A stretch of 64,000 bases of DNA from Eledone cirrhosa (lineage: Eukaryota): NCBI GenBank assembly GCA_964016885.1, contig OZ024741.1, forward strand, positions 415,090,001 through 415,154,000, in the 5' to 3' direction. The translations under genes were made by a program, and so were the position numbers. A model generated the notes under the pieces. It was not told the DNA's origin. It saw nothing but the letters and a program-made list of their open reading frames with translations, and did not search any database. Positions 12,015 through 25,649 of the stretch are shown here, one piece after another (position 1 is the stretch's first letter; each line of letters begins with the position of its first letter).

Positions 12015-14925
12015 ATTCTCTCACTTCTTTCTGTTTAAACCAGCTGTATCTGGCCAGAATTCTCTCAATTTATTTCTGTTCACACCAGCTGTATCTGACC
12101 AGAATTCCCTCACCTCTTTCTGTTCAAACCAGCTGTATCTGACCAGAATTCTCTCACTTCTTTCTGTTCAAACCAGCTGTATCTGCCCAGAATTCCCTCA
12201 CCTCTTTCTGTTCAAACCAGCCGTATCTGCCCAGAATTCTCTTACCTCTTTCTGTTCAAACCAGCTGTATCTGCCCAGAATTCCCTCACCTCTTTCTGTT
12301 CAAACCAGCTGTATCTGACCAGAATACTCTCACCTGTTTCTGTTCAAACCAGCTTTATCTGGCCAGAATTTTCTCACTTCTTTCTGTTCAAACCAGCTGT
12401 GTCTGACCAGAATTCTCTCACTTCTTTCTGTTCAAACCATCTGTATCTGACCAGAATTCCCTCTCCTCTTTCTGTTTAAACCATCTGTATCTGCCCAGAA
12501 TTCTGTCACTTCTTTCTGTTCAAACCAGCTGTATCTGACCAGAATTCTCTCACTTCATTCTGTTCAACCCAGCTGTATCTGACCAGAATTCTCTCACCTC
12601 TTTCTGTTCAAACCAGCTGTATCTGCCCAGAATTTCCTCACTTATTTCTGTTCAAACCAGCTGTATCTGCCCAGAAATCCCTCACCTCTTTCTGTTTAAA
12701 CCAGCTGTATCTGGCCAGAATTCCCTCACTTCTTTCTGTTTAAACCTTCTGTATATGCCGACAATTTTCTCACCTCTTTCTGTTCAAACCAGCTGTATCT
12801 GACCAGAATTCTCTCACCTATTTCTGTTCAAACCAGCCATATCTGCCCAGAATTCCCTCACCTCTTTCTGTTCAAACCAGCTGTATCTGACCAGAATTCT
12901 CTCACTTCTTTCTTTTCAAACCAGCTGTATCTGCCCAGAATTCTCTCACCTCTTTCTGTTCAAACCAGCTGTGTCTGCCCAGAATTCCTTCACCTCTTTC
13001 TGTTTAAACCAGCTGTATCTGGCCAGAATTCTCTCACTTGTTTCTGTTCAAACCAGCTGTATCTGGTCAGAATTCTCTCACCTCTTTCTGTTCAAACCAG
13101 CTGTATCTGCCCAGAATTTTCTCACCTCTTTCTGTTCAAAGCAGCTGTATCTGCCCAGAATTCCCTCACTTCTTTCTGTTGAAACCAGCTGTATCTGCCC
13201 AGAATTCCCTCACCTCTTTCTGTTCAAACCAGCTGTATCTGGCCAGAATTCCCTCACCTCTTTCTGTTCAAATCATCTGTATCTGCCCAGAATTCTCTCA
13301 CTTCTTTCTGTTCAAACCAGCGATATCTGCCCAGAATTCCCTCACCTCTTTCTGTTCAAACCAGCTGTATCTGACCAGAATTCTCTCACTTCATTCTGTT
13401 CAAACCAGCTGTATCTGACCAGAATTCTCTCACCTCTTTCTGTTCAAACCAGCTGTATCTGACCAGAATTCTCTCACCTCTTTCTTTTTAAACCAGCTGT
13501 ATCTGCCCAGAATTCTCTCACCTGTTTCTGTTCAAATCAGCTGCATCTGGTCAGAATTCTCTCACTTCTTTCTGTTTAAACCAGCTGTATCTGGTCAGAA
13601 TTCTCTCACTTCTTTCTGTTCAAACCAGCTGTATCTGACCAGAATTCCCTCACCTCTTTCTGTTCAAACCAGCTGTTTCTGCCCAGAATTCCCTCACTTC
13701 TTTCTGTTCAAACCAGCTGTATCTGCCCAGAATTCCCTCACCTCTTTCTGTTCACAACAGCTGTATCTGCCCAGAATTCCCTCACTTCTTTCTGTTCAAA
13801 CCAGCTGTATCTGCCCAGAATTCTCTCACCTGTTTATGTTCAAACCAGCTGTATCTGGTCAGAATTCTCTCAATTCTTTCTGTTTAAACCAGCTGTATCT
13901 GGCCAGAATTCTCTCAATTTATTTCTGTTCACACCAGCTGTATCTGACCAGAATTCCCTCACCTCTTTCTGTTCAAACCAGCTGTATCTGACCAGAATTC
14001 TCTCACTTCTTTCTGTTCAAACCAGCTGTATCTGCCCAGAATTCCCTCACCTCTTTCTGTTCAAACCAGCCGTATCTGCCCAGAATTCTCTTACCTCTTT
14101 CTGTTCAAACCAGCTGTATCTGCCCAGAATTCCCTCACCTCTTTCTGTTCAAACCAGCTGTATCTGACCAGAATACTCTCACCTGTTTCTGTTCAAACCA
14201 GCTTTATCTGGCCAGAATTTTCTCACTTCTTTCTGTTCAAACCAGCTGTGTCTGACCAGAATTCTCTCACTTCTTTCTGTTCAAACCATCTGTATCTGAC
14301 CAGAATTCCCTCTCCTCTTTCTGTTTAAACCATCTGTATCTGCCCAGAATTCTGTCACTTCTTTCTGTTCAAACCAGCTGTATCTGACCAGAATTCTCTC
14401 ACTTCATTCTGTTCAACCCAGCTGTATCTGACCAGAATTCTCTCACCTCTTTCTGTTCAAACCAGCTGTATCTGCCCAGAATTTCCTCACTTATTTCTGT
14501 TCAAACCAGCTGTATCTGCCCAGAAATCCCTCACCTCTTTCTGTTTAAACCAGCTGTATCTGGCCAGAATTCCCTCACTTCTTTCTGTTTAAACCTTCTG
14601 TATATGCCGACAATTTTCTCACCTCTTTCTGTTCAAACCAGCTGTATCTGACCAGAATTCTCTCACCTATTTCTGTTCAAACCAGCCATATCTGCCCAGA
14701 ATTCCCTCACCTCTTTCTGTTCAAACCAGCTGTATCTGACCAGAATTCTCTCACTTCTTTCTTTTCAAACCAGCTGTATCTGCCCAGAATTCTCTCACCT
14801 CTTTCTGTTCAAACCAGCTGTGTCTGCCCAGAATTCCTTCACCTCTTTCTGTTTAAACCAGCTGTATCTGGCCAGAATTCTCTCACTTGTTTCTGTTCAA
14901 ACCAGCTGTATCTGGTCAGAATTCT
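12015..14925. repeat. 42-monomer-offset repeat (1849 bp)
   Basis: The 45-bp marker monomer is at 12066 and 13915, 'gccgacaatttt' at ~12757 and ~14606, and ORF starts at 12971 and 14820. Confidence 0.75.
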
Positions 14926-17900
14926 CTCACTTATTTCCGTTTAAACCAGCTGTATCTGGCCAGATTTCTCTCACTTCTTTTTATTCAAACCAGCTGTATC
15001 TGCCCAGAATTCCTTCTCCTCTTTCTGTTCAAACCAGCTGTATCTGACCAGAATTCCCTCTCCTCTTTCTGTTTAAACCATCTGTATCTGCCCAGAATTC
15101 TGTCACCTCTTTCTGTTCAAACCAGCTGTATCTGCCCAGAATTCCCTCACCTCTTTCTGTTTAAACCTTCTGTATATGCCCAGAATGTTCTCACCTCTTT
15201 CTGTTCAAAGCAGCTGTATCTGCCCAGAATTCCCTCACTTCTTTCTGTTCAAACCAGTTGTATCTGCCCAGAATTCCCTCACCTCTTTCTGTTCAAACCA
15301 GCTGTATCTGGCCAGAATTCCCTCACCTCTTTCCGTTCAAATCATCTGTATCTGCCCAGAATTCTCTCACTTCTTTCTGTTCAAACCAGCTGTATCTGAC
15401 CAGAATTCTCTCACTTCATTCTGTTCAAACCAGCTGTATCTGACCAGAATTCTCTCACCTCTTTCTGTTCAAACCAGCTGTATCTGCCCAGAATTCCCTC
15501 ACTTCTTTCTGTTCAAACCAGCTGTATCTGCCCAGAAATCCCTCACCTCTTTCTGTTCAAACCAGCTGTATCTGCCCAGAATTCTCTCACCTCATTCTGT
15601 TCAAACCAGCTGTATCTGCCCAGAATTCCCTCACCTCTTTCTTTTCAAACCAGCTGTATCTGACCAGAATTCTCTCACTTCTTTCTGTTAAAACCAGCTG
15701 TATCTGGCCAGAATTCTCTCACTTCTTTCTGTTCAAACCAGCTGTATCTGACCAGAATTCTCTCACCTCTTTCTGTTCAAACCAGCTGTATCTGCCCAGA
15801 ATTCTCTCACCTCTTTCTATTCAAACCAGCTGTACCTGGCCAGAATTCTCTCACTTCTTTCTGATTAAACCAGCTGTATCTGGCCAGAATTCTCTCACCT
15901 CTTTCTGTTCAAACCAGCCGTATCTGCCCAGAATTCCCTCACCTCATTCTGTTCAAACCATCTGTATCTGACCAGAATTCCCTCTCCTCTTTCTGTTTAA
16001 ACCATCTGTATCTACCCAGAATTCTGTCACTTCTTTCTGTTCAAACCAGCTGTATCTGCCCAGAATTCCCTCACCTCTTTCTGTTTACACCTTCTGTATA
16101 TGCCCAGAATTTTCTCACCTCTTTCTGTTCAAAGCAGCTGTATCTGCCCAGAATTCCCTCACTTCTTTCTGTTGAAACCAGCTGTATCTGCCCAGAATTC
16201 CCTCACCTCTTTCTGTTCAAACCAGCTGTATCTGACCAGAATTCTCTCACCTCTTTCTTTTCAAACCAGCTGTATCTGCCCAGAATTCTCTCACCTGTTT
16301 CTGTTCAAATCAGCTGCATCTGGTCAGAATTCTCTCACTTCTTTCTGTTTAAACCAGCTGTATCTGGTCAGAATTCTCTCACTTCTTTCTGTTCAAACCA
16401 GCTGTATCTGACCAGAATTCCCTCACCTCTTTCTGTTCAAACCAGCTGTTTCTGCCCAGAATTCCCTCACTTCTTTCTGTTCAAACCAGCTGTATCTGCC
16501 CAGAATTCCCTCACCTCTTTCTGTTCACAACAGCTGTATCTGCCCAGAATTCCCTCACTTCTTTCTGTTCAAACCAGCTGTATCTGCCCAGAATTCTCTC
16601 ACCTGTTTATGTTCAAACCAGCTGTATCTGGTCAGAATTCTCTCAATTCTTTCTGTTTAAACCAGCTGTATCTGGCCAGAATTCTCTCAATTTATTTCTG
16701 TTCACACCAGCTGTATCTGACCAGAATTCCCTCACCTCTTTCTGTTCAAACCAGCTGTATCTGACCAGAATTCTCTCACTTCTTTCTGTTCAAACCAGCT
16801 GTATCTGCCCAGAATTCCCTCACCTCTTTCTGTTCAAACCAGCCGTATCTGCCCAGAATTCTCTTACCTCTTTCTGTTCAAACCAGCTGTATCTGCCCAG
16901 AATTCCCTCACCTCTTTCTGTTCAAACCAGCTGTATCTGACCAGAATACTCTCACCTGTTTCTGTTCAAACCAGCTTTATCTGGCCAGAATTTTCTCACT
17001 TCTTTCTGTTCAAACCAGCTGTGTCTGACCAGAATTCTCTCACTTCTTTCTGTTCAAACCATCTGTATCTGACCAGAATTCCCTCTCCTCTTTCTGTTTA
17101 AACCATCTGTATCTGCCCAGAATTCTGTCACTTCTTTCTGTTCAAACCAGCTGTATCTGACCAGAATTCTCTCACTTCATTCTGTTCAACCCAGCTGTAT
17201 CTGACCAGAATTCTCTGACCTCTTTCTGTTCAAACCAGCTGTATCTGCCCAGAATTTCCTCACTTATTTCTGTTCAAACCAGCTGTATCTGCCCAGAAAT
17301 CCCTCACCTCTTTCTGTTTAAACCAGCTGTATCTGGCCAGAATTCCCTCACTTCTTTCTGTTTAAACCTTCTGTATATGCCGACAATTTTCTCACCTCTT
17401 TCTGTTCAAACCAGCTGTATCTGACCAGAATTCTCTCACCTATTTCTGTTCAAACCAGCCATATCTGCCCAGAATTCCCTCACCTCTTTCTGTTCAAACC
17501 AGCTGTATCTGACCAGAATTCTCTCACTTCTTTCTTTTCAAACCAGCTGTATCTGCCCAGAATTCTCTCACCTCTTTCTGTTCAAACCAGCTGTGTCTGC
17601 CCAGAATTCCTTCACCTCTTTCTGTTTAAACCAGCTGTATCTGGCCAGAATTCTCTCACTTGTTTCTGTTCAAACCAGCTGTATCTGGTCAGAATTCTCT
17701 CACTTATTTCCGTTTAAACCAGCTGTATCTGGCCAGATTTCTCTCACTTCTTTTTATTCAAACCAGCTGTATCTGCCCAGAATTCCTTCTCCTCTTTCTG
17801 TTCAAACCAGCTGTATCTGACCAGAATTCCCTCTCCTCTTTCTGTTTAAACCATCTGTATCTGCCCAGAATTCTGTCACCTCTTTCTGTTCAAACCAGCT

Positions 17901-19009
17901 GTATCTGCCCAGAATTCCCTCACCTCTTTCTGTTTAAACCTTCTGTATATTCCCAGAATGTTCTCACCTCTTTCTGTTCAAAGCAGCTGTATCTGCCCAG
18001 AATTCCCTCACTTCTTTCTGTTCAAACCAGTTGTATCTGCCCAGAATTCCCTCACCTCTTTCTGTTCAAACCAGCTGTATCTGGCCAGAATTCCCTCACC
18101 TCTTTCCGTTCAAATCATCTGTATCTGCCCAGAATTCTCTCACTTCTTTCTGTTCAAACCAGCTGTATCTGACCAGAATTCTCTCACTTCATTCTGTTCA
18201 AACCAGCTGTATCTGACCAGAATTCTCTCACCTCTTTCTGTTCAAACCAGCTGTATCTGCCCAGAATTCCCTCACTTCTTTCTGTTCAAACCAGCTGTAT
18301 CTGCCCAGAAATCCCTCACCTCTTTCTGTTCAAACCAGCTGTATCTGCCCAGAATTCTCTCACCTCATTCTGTTCAAACCAGCTGTATCTGCCCAGAATT
18401 CCCTCACCTCTTTCTTTTCAAACCAGCTGTATCTGACCAGAATTCTCTCACTTCTTTCTGTTAAAACCAGCTGTATCTGGCCAGAATTCTCTCACTTCTT
18501 TCTGTTCAAACCAGCTGTATCTGACCAGAATTCTCTCACCTCTTTCTGTTCAAACCAGCTGTATCTGCCCAGAATTCTCTCACCTCTTTCTATTCAAACC
18601 AGCTGTATCTGGCCAGAATTCTCTCACTTCTTTCTGATTAAACCAGCTGTATCTGGCCAGAATTCTCTCACCTCTTTCTGTTCAAACCAGCCGTATCTGC
18701 CCAGAATTCCCTCACCTCATTCTGTTCAAACCATCTGTATCTGACCAGAATTCCCTCTCCTCTTTCTGTTTAAACCATCTGTATCTGCCCAGAATTCTGT
18801 CACTTCTTTCTGTTCAAACCAGCTGTATCTGCCCAGAATTCCCTCACCTCTTTCTGTTTACACCTTCTGTATATGCCCAGAATTTTCTCACCTCTTTCTG
18901 TTCAAAGCAGCTTTATCTGCCCAGAATTCCCTCACTTCTTTCTGTTGAAACCAGCTGTATCTGCCCAGAATTCCCTCACCTCTTTCTGTTCAAACCAGCT
19001 GTATCTGGC
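13464..19009. repeat. Two tandem copies of a 63-monomer higher-order repeat (2773 bp)
   Basis: ORF pairs 14820/17593, 14887/17660, 15258/18031 and 16100/18873 are all offset by 2773 = 63x44+1. The rare variant 'ctgattaaac' is at 15861 and 18634. Confidence 0.9.
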
Positions 19010-19899
19010 CAGAATTCCCTCACCTCTTTCTGTTCAAATCATCTGTATCTGCCCAGAATTCTCTCACTTCTTTCTGTTCAAACCAGCGATATCTGCCCAG
19101 AATTCCCTCACCTCTTTCTGTTCAAACCAGCTGTATCTGACCAGAATTCTCTCACTTCATTCTGTTCAAACCAGCTGTATCTGACCAGAATTCTCTCACC
19201 TCTTTCTGTTCAAACCAGCTGTATCTGACCAGAATTCTCTCACCTCTTTCTTTTCAAACCAGCTGTATCTGCCCAGAATTCTCTCACCTGTTTCTGTTCA
19301 AATCAGCTGCATCTGGTCAGAATTCTCTCACTTCTTTCTGTTTAAACCAGCTGTATCTGGTCAGAATTCTCTCACTTCTTTCTGTTCAAACCAGCTGTAT
19401 CTGACCAGAATTCCCTCACCTCTTTCTGTTCAAACCAGCTGTTTCTGCCCAGAATTCCCTCACTTCTTTCTGTTCAAACCAGCTGTATCTGCCCAGAATT
19501 CCCTCACCTCTTTCTGTTCACAACAGCTGTATCTGCCCAGAATTCCCTCACTTCTTTCTGTTCAAACCAGCTGTATCTGCCCAGAATTCTCTCACCTGTT
19601 TATGTTCAAACCAGCTGTATCTGGTCAGAATTCTCTCAATTCTTTCTGTTTAAACCAGCTGTATCTGACCAGAATTCTCTCACTTCATTCTGTTCACACC
19701 AGCTGTATCTGACCAGAATTCCCTCACCTCTTTCTGTTCAAACCAGCTGTATCTGCCCAGAATTCCCTCACCTCTTTCTGTTCAAACCAGCCGTATCTGC
19801 CCAGAATTCTCTTACCTCTTTCTGTTCAAACCAGCTGTATCTGCCCAGAATTCCCTCACCTCTTTCTGTTCAAACCAGCTGTATCTGACCAGAATACTC

Positions 19900-22800
19900 T
19901 CACCTGTTTCTGTTCAAACCAGCTTTATCTGGCCAGAATTTTCTCACTTCTTTCTGTTCAAACCAGCTGTGTCTGACCAGAATTCTCTCACTTCTTTCTG
20001 TTGAAACCATCTGTATCTGACCAGAATTCCCTCTCCTCTTTCTGTTTAAACCATCTGTATCTGCCCAGAATTCTGTCACTTCTTTCTGTTCAAACCAGCT
20101 GTATCTGACCAGAATTCTCTCACTTCATTCTGTTCAACCCAGCTGTATCTGACCAGAATTCTCTCACCTCTTTCTGTTCAAACCAGCTGTATCTGCCCAG
20201 AATTTCCTCACTTATTTCTGTTCAAACCAGCTGTATCTGCCCAGAAATCCCTCACCTCTTTCTGTTTAAACCAGCTGTATCTGGCCAGAATTCCCTCACT
20301 TCTTTCTGTTTAAACCTTCTGTATATGCCCATAATTTTCTCACCTCTTTCTGTTCAAACCAGCTGTATCTGACCAGAATTCTCTCACCTATTTCTGTTCA
20401 AACCAGCCATATCTGCCCAGAATTCCCTCACCTCTTTCTGTTCAAACCAGCTGTATCTGACCAGAATTCTCTCACTTCTTTCTTTTCAAACCAGCTGTAT
20501 CTGCCCAGAATTCTCTCACCTCTTTCTGTTCAAACCAGCTGTGTCTGCCCAGAATTCCCTCACCTCTTTTTGTTCAAACCAGCTGTATCTGACCAGCATT
20601 CCCTCACCTCTTTCTGTTCAAACCAGCTGTATCTGGCCAGAATTCTCTTACCTCTTTCTGTTCAAACCAGCTGTATCTGCCCAGAATTCCCTCACTTCTT
20701 TCTGTTCAAACCAGCTGTATCTGCCCAGAGTTCCCTCACCTCTTTCTGTTCAGACCAGCTCTATTAGACCAGCATTCCCTCACCTCTTTCTGTTCAAACC
20801 AGCTGTATCTGGCCAGAATTCCCTCACCTCTTTCTGTTTAAACCAGCTGTATCTGGCCAGAATTCTCTCACTTGTTTCTGTTCAAACCAGCTGTATCTGG
20901 TCAGAATTCTCTCACTTATTTCCGTTTAAACCAGCTGTATCTGGCCAGATTTCTCTCACTTCTTTTTATTCAAACCAGCTGTATATGACCAGAATTCTCT
21001 CACTTCTTTCTGTTCAAACCAGCTGTATCTGCCCAGAATTCCTTCTCCTCTTTCTGTTCAAACCAGCTGTATCTGACCAGAATTCCCTCTCCTCTTTCTG
21101 TTTAAACCATCTGTATCTGCCCAGAATTCTCTCACTTCTTTCTGTTCAAACCAGCTGTATCTGCCCAGAATTCCCTCACCGCTTTCTGTTCAAACCAGCT
21201 GTATCTGACCAGAATTCCCTCACCTCTTTCTGTTTAAACCTTCTGTATATGCCCAGAATGTTCTCACCTCTTTCTGTTCAAAGCAGCTGTATCTGCCCAG
21301 AATTCCCTCACTTCTTTCTGTTCAAACCAGCTGTATCTGCCCAGAATTCCCTCACCTCTTTCTGTTCAAACCAGCTGTATCTGGCCAGAATTCCCTCACC
21401 TCTTTCCGTTCAAATCATCTGTATCTGCCCAGAATTCTCTCACTTCTTTCTGTTCAAACCAGCTGTATCTGACCAGAATTCCCTCACCTCTTTCTGTTTA
21501 CACCTTCTGTATATGCCCAGAATTTTCTCACCTCTTTCTGTTCAAAGCAGCTGTATCTGCCCAGAATTCCCTCACTTCTTTCTGTTCAAACCAGCTGTAT
21601 CTGCCCAGAATTCTCTCACCTGTTTATGTTCAAACCAGCTGTATCTGGTCAGAATTCTCTCACTTCTTTCTGTTTAAACCAGCTGTATCTGGTCAGAATT
21701 CTCTCACTTCTTTCTGTTCAAACCAGCTGTATCTGACCAGAATTCCCTCACCTCTTTCTGTTCAAACCAGCTGTTTCTGCCCAGAATTCCCTCACTTCTT
21801 TCTGTTCAAACCAGCTGTATCTGCCCAGAATTCCCTCACCTCTTTCTGTTCACAACAGCTGTATCTGCCCAGAATTCCCTCACTTCTTTCTGTTCAAACC
21901 AGCTGTATCTGCCCAGAATTCTCTCACCTGTTTATGTTCAAACCAGCTGTATCTGGTCAGAATTCTCTCAATTCTTTCTGTTTAAACCAGCTCTATCTGG
22001 CCAGAATTCTCTCAATTTATTTCTGTTCACACCAGCTGTATCTGACCAGAATTCCCTCACCTCTTTCTGTTCAAACCAGCTGTATCTGACCAGAATTCTC
22101 TCACTTCTTACTGTTCAAACCAGCTGTATCTGCCCAGAATTCCCTCACCTCTTTCTGTTCAAACCAGCCGTATCTGCCCAGAATTCTCTTACCTCTTTCT
22201 GTTCAAACCAGCTGTATCTGACCAGAATACTCTCACCTGTTTCTGTTCAAACCAGCTTTATCTGGCCAGAATTTTCTCACTTCTTTCTGTTCAAACCAGC
22301 TGTGTCTGACCAGAATTCTCTCACTTCTTCCTGTTCAAACCATCTGTATCTGACCAGAATTCCCTCTTCTCTTTCTGTTTAAACCATCTGTATCTGCCCA
22401 GAATTCTGTCACTTCTTTCTGTTCAAACCAGCTGTATCTGACCAGAATTCTCTCACTTCATTCTGTTCAACCCAGCTGTATCTGACCAGAATTCTCTCAC
22501 CTCTTTCTGTTCAAACCAGCTGTATCTGCCCAGAATTTCCTCACTTATTTCTGTTCAAACCAGCTGTATCTGCCCAGAAATCCCTCACCTCTTTCTGTTT
22601 AAACCAGCTGTATCTGGCCAGAATTCCCTCACTTCTTTCTGTTTAAACCTTCTGTATATGCCCACAATTTTCTCACCTCTTTCTGTTCAAACCAGCTGTA
22701 TCTGACCAGAATTCTCTCACCTATTTCTGTTCAAACCAGCCATATCTGCCCAGAATTCCCTCACCTCTTTCTGTTCAAACCAGCTGTATCTGACCAGAAT

Positions 22801-25600
22801 TCTCTCACTTCTTTCTTTTCAAACCAGCTGTATCTGCCCAGAATTCTCTCACCTCTTTCTGTTCAAACCAGCTGTGTCTGCCCAGAATTCCCTCACCTCT
22901 TTTTGTTCAAACCAGCTGTATCTGACCAGCATTCCCTCACCTCTTTCTGTTCAAACCAGCTGTATCTGGCCAGAATTCTCTTACCTCTTTCTGTTCAAAC
23001 CAGCTGTATCTGCCCAGAATTCCCTCACTTCTTTCTGTTCAAACCAGCTGTATCTGCCCAGAGTTCCCTCACCTCTTTCTGTTCAAACCAGCTCTATTAG
23101 ACCAGCATTCCCTCACCTCTTTCTGTTCAAACCAGCTGTATCTGGCCAGAATTCCCTCACCTCTTTCTGTTTAAACCAGCTGTATCTGGCCAGAATTCTC
23201 TCACTTGTTTCTGTTCAAACCAGCTGTATCTGGTCAGAATTCTCTCACTTATTTCCGTTTAAACCAGCTGTATCTGGCCAGATTTCTCTCACTTCTTTTT
23301 ATTCAAACCAGCTGTATCTGGCCAGAATTCCCTCACCTCTTTCCGTTCAAATCATCTGTATCTGCCCAGAATTCTCTCACTTCTTTCTGTTCAAACCAGC
23401 TGTATCTGACCAGAATTCCCTCACCTCTTTCTGTTTACACCTTCTGTATATGCCCAGAATTTTCTCACCTCTTTCTGTTCAAAGCAGCTGTATCTGCCCA
23501 GGATTCCCTCACTTCTTTCTGTTCAAACCAGCTGTATCTGCCCAGAATTCTCTCACCTGTTTATGTTCAAACCAGCTGTATCTGGTCAGAATTCTCTCAC
23601 TTCTTTCTGTTTAAACCAGCTGTATCTGGCCAGAATTCTCTCAATTTATTTCTGTTCACACCAGCTGTATCTGACCAGAATTCCCTCACCTCTTTCTGTT
23701 CAAACCAGCTGTATCTGACCAGAATTCTCTCACTTCTTTCTGTTCAAACCAGCTGTATCTGCCCAGAATTCCCTCACCTCTTTCTGTTCAAACCAGCCGT
23801 ATCTGCCCAGAATTCTCTTACCTCTTTCTGTTCAAACCAGCTGTATCTGCCCAGAATTCCCTCACCTCTTTCTGTTCAAACCAGCTGTATCTGACCAGAA
23901 TTCTCTCACCTGTTTCTGTTCAAACCAGCTTTATCTGGCCAGAATTTTCTCACTTCTTTCTGTTCAAACCAGCTGTGTCTGACCAGAATTCTCTCACTTC
24001 TTTCTGTTCAAACCATCTGTATCTGACCAGAATTCCCTCACCTCTTTCTGTTCAAACCAGCTCTATTAGACCAGCATTCCCTCACCTCTTTCTGTTCAAA
24101 CCATCTGTATCTGGCCAGAATTCCCTCTCCTCTTTCTGTTTAAACCATCTGTATCTGCCCAGAATTCTGTCACTTCTTTCTGTTCAAACCAGCTGTATCT
24201 GACCAGAATTCTCTCACTTCATTCTGTTCAACCCAGCTGTATCTGACCAGAATTCTCTCACCTCTTTCTGTTCAAACCAGCTGTATCTGCCCAGAATTTC
24301 CTCACTTATTTCTGTTCAAACCAGCTGTATCTGCCCAGAAATCCCTCACCTCTTTCTGTTTAAACCAGCTGTATCTGGCCAGAATTCCCTCACTTCTTTC
24401 TGTTTAAACCTTCTGTATATGCCCACAATTTTCTCACCTCTTTCTGTTCAAACCAGCTGTATCTGACCAGAATTCTCTCACCTATTTCTGTTCAAACCAG
24501 CCATATCTGCCCAGAATTCCCTCACCTCTTTCTGTTCAAACCAGCTGTATCTGACCAGAATTCTCTCACTTCTTTCTTTTCAAACCAGCTGTATCTGCCC
24601 AGAATTCTCTCACCTCTTTCTGTTCAAACCAGCTGTGTCTGCCCAGAATTCCCTCACCTCTTTTTGTTCAAACCAGCTCTATCTGACCAGCATTCCCTCA
24701 CCTCTTTCTGTTCAAACCAGCTGTATCTGGCCAGAATTCTCTTACCTCTTTCTGTTCAAACCAGCTGTATCTGCCCAGAATTCCCTCACTTCTTTCTGTT
24801 CAAACCAGCTGTATCTGCCCAGAGTTCCCTCACCTCTTTCTGTTCAAACCAGCTCTATTAGACCAGCATTCCCTCACCTCTTTCTGTTCAAACCAGCTGT
24901 ATCTGGCCAGAATTCCCTCACCTCTTTCTGTTTAAACCAGCTGTATCTGGCCAGAATTCTCTCACTTGTTTCTGTTCAAACCAGCTGTATCTGGTCAGAA
25001 TTCTCTCACTTATTTCCGTTTAAACCAGCTGTATCTGGCCAGATTTCTCTCACTTCTTTTTATTCAAACCAGCTGTATATGACCAGAATTCTCTCACTTC
25101 TTTCTGTTCAAACCAGCTGTATCTGCCCAGAATTCCTTCTCCTCTTTCTGTTCAAACCAGCTGTATCTGACCAGAATTCCCTCTCCTCTTTCTGTTTAAA
25201 CCATCTGTATCTGCCCAGAATTCTGTCACTTCTTTCTGTTCAAACCAGCTGTATCTGCCCAGAATTCCCTCACCGCTTTCTGTTCAAACCAGCTGTATCT
25301 GCCCAGAATTCCCTCACCTCTTTCTGTTTAAACCTTCTGTATATGCCCAGAATGTTCTCACCTCTTTCTGTTCAAAGCAGCTGTATCTGCCCAGAATTCC
25401 CTCACTTCTTTCTGTTCAAACCAGCTGTATCTGCCCAGAATTCCCTCACCTCTTTCTGTTCAAACCAGCTGTATCTGGCCAGAATTCCCTCACCTCTTTC
25501 CGTTCAAATCATCTGTATCTGCCCAGAATTCTCTCACTTCTTTCTGTTCAAACCAGCTGTATCTGACCAGAATTCCCTCACCTCTTTCTGTTTACACCTT
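19900..25600. repeat. Three related blocks with offsets 2333 (53 monomers) and 1761 (40 monomers)
   Basis: The same variant series, giving spurious ORF 'MSAQNSLTSFCSNQLYLTSIP', starts at 20541, 22874 and 24635. Boundaries are approximate. Confidence 0.7.
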
Positions 25601-25649
25601 CTGTATATGCCCAGAATTTTCTCACCTCTTTCTGTTTAAACCATCTGTA

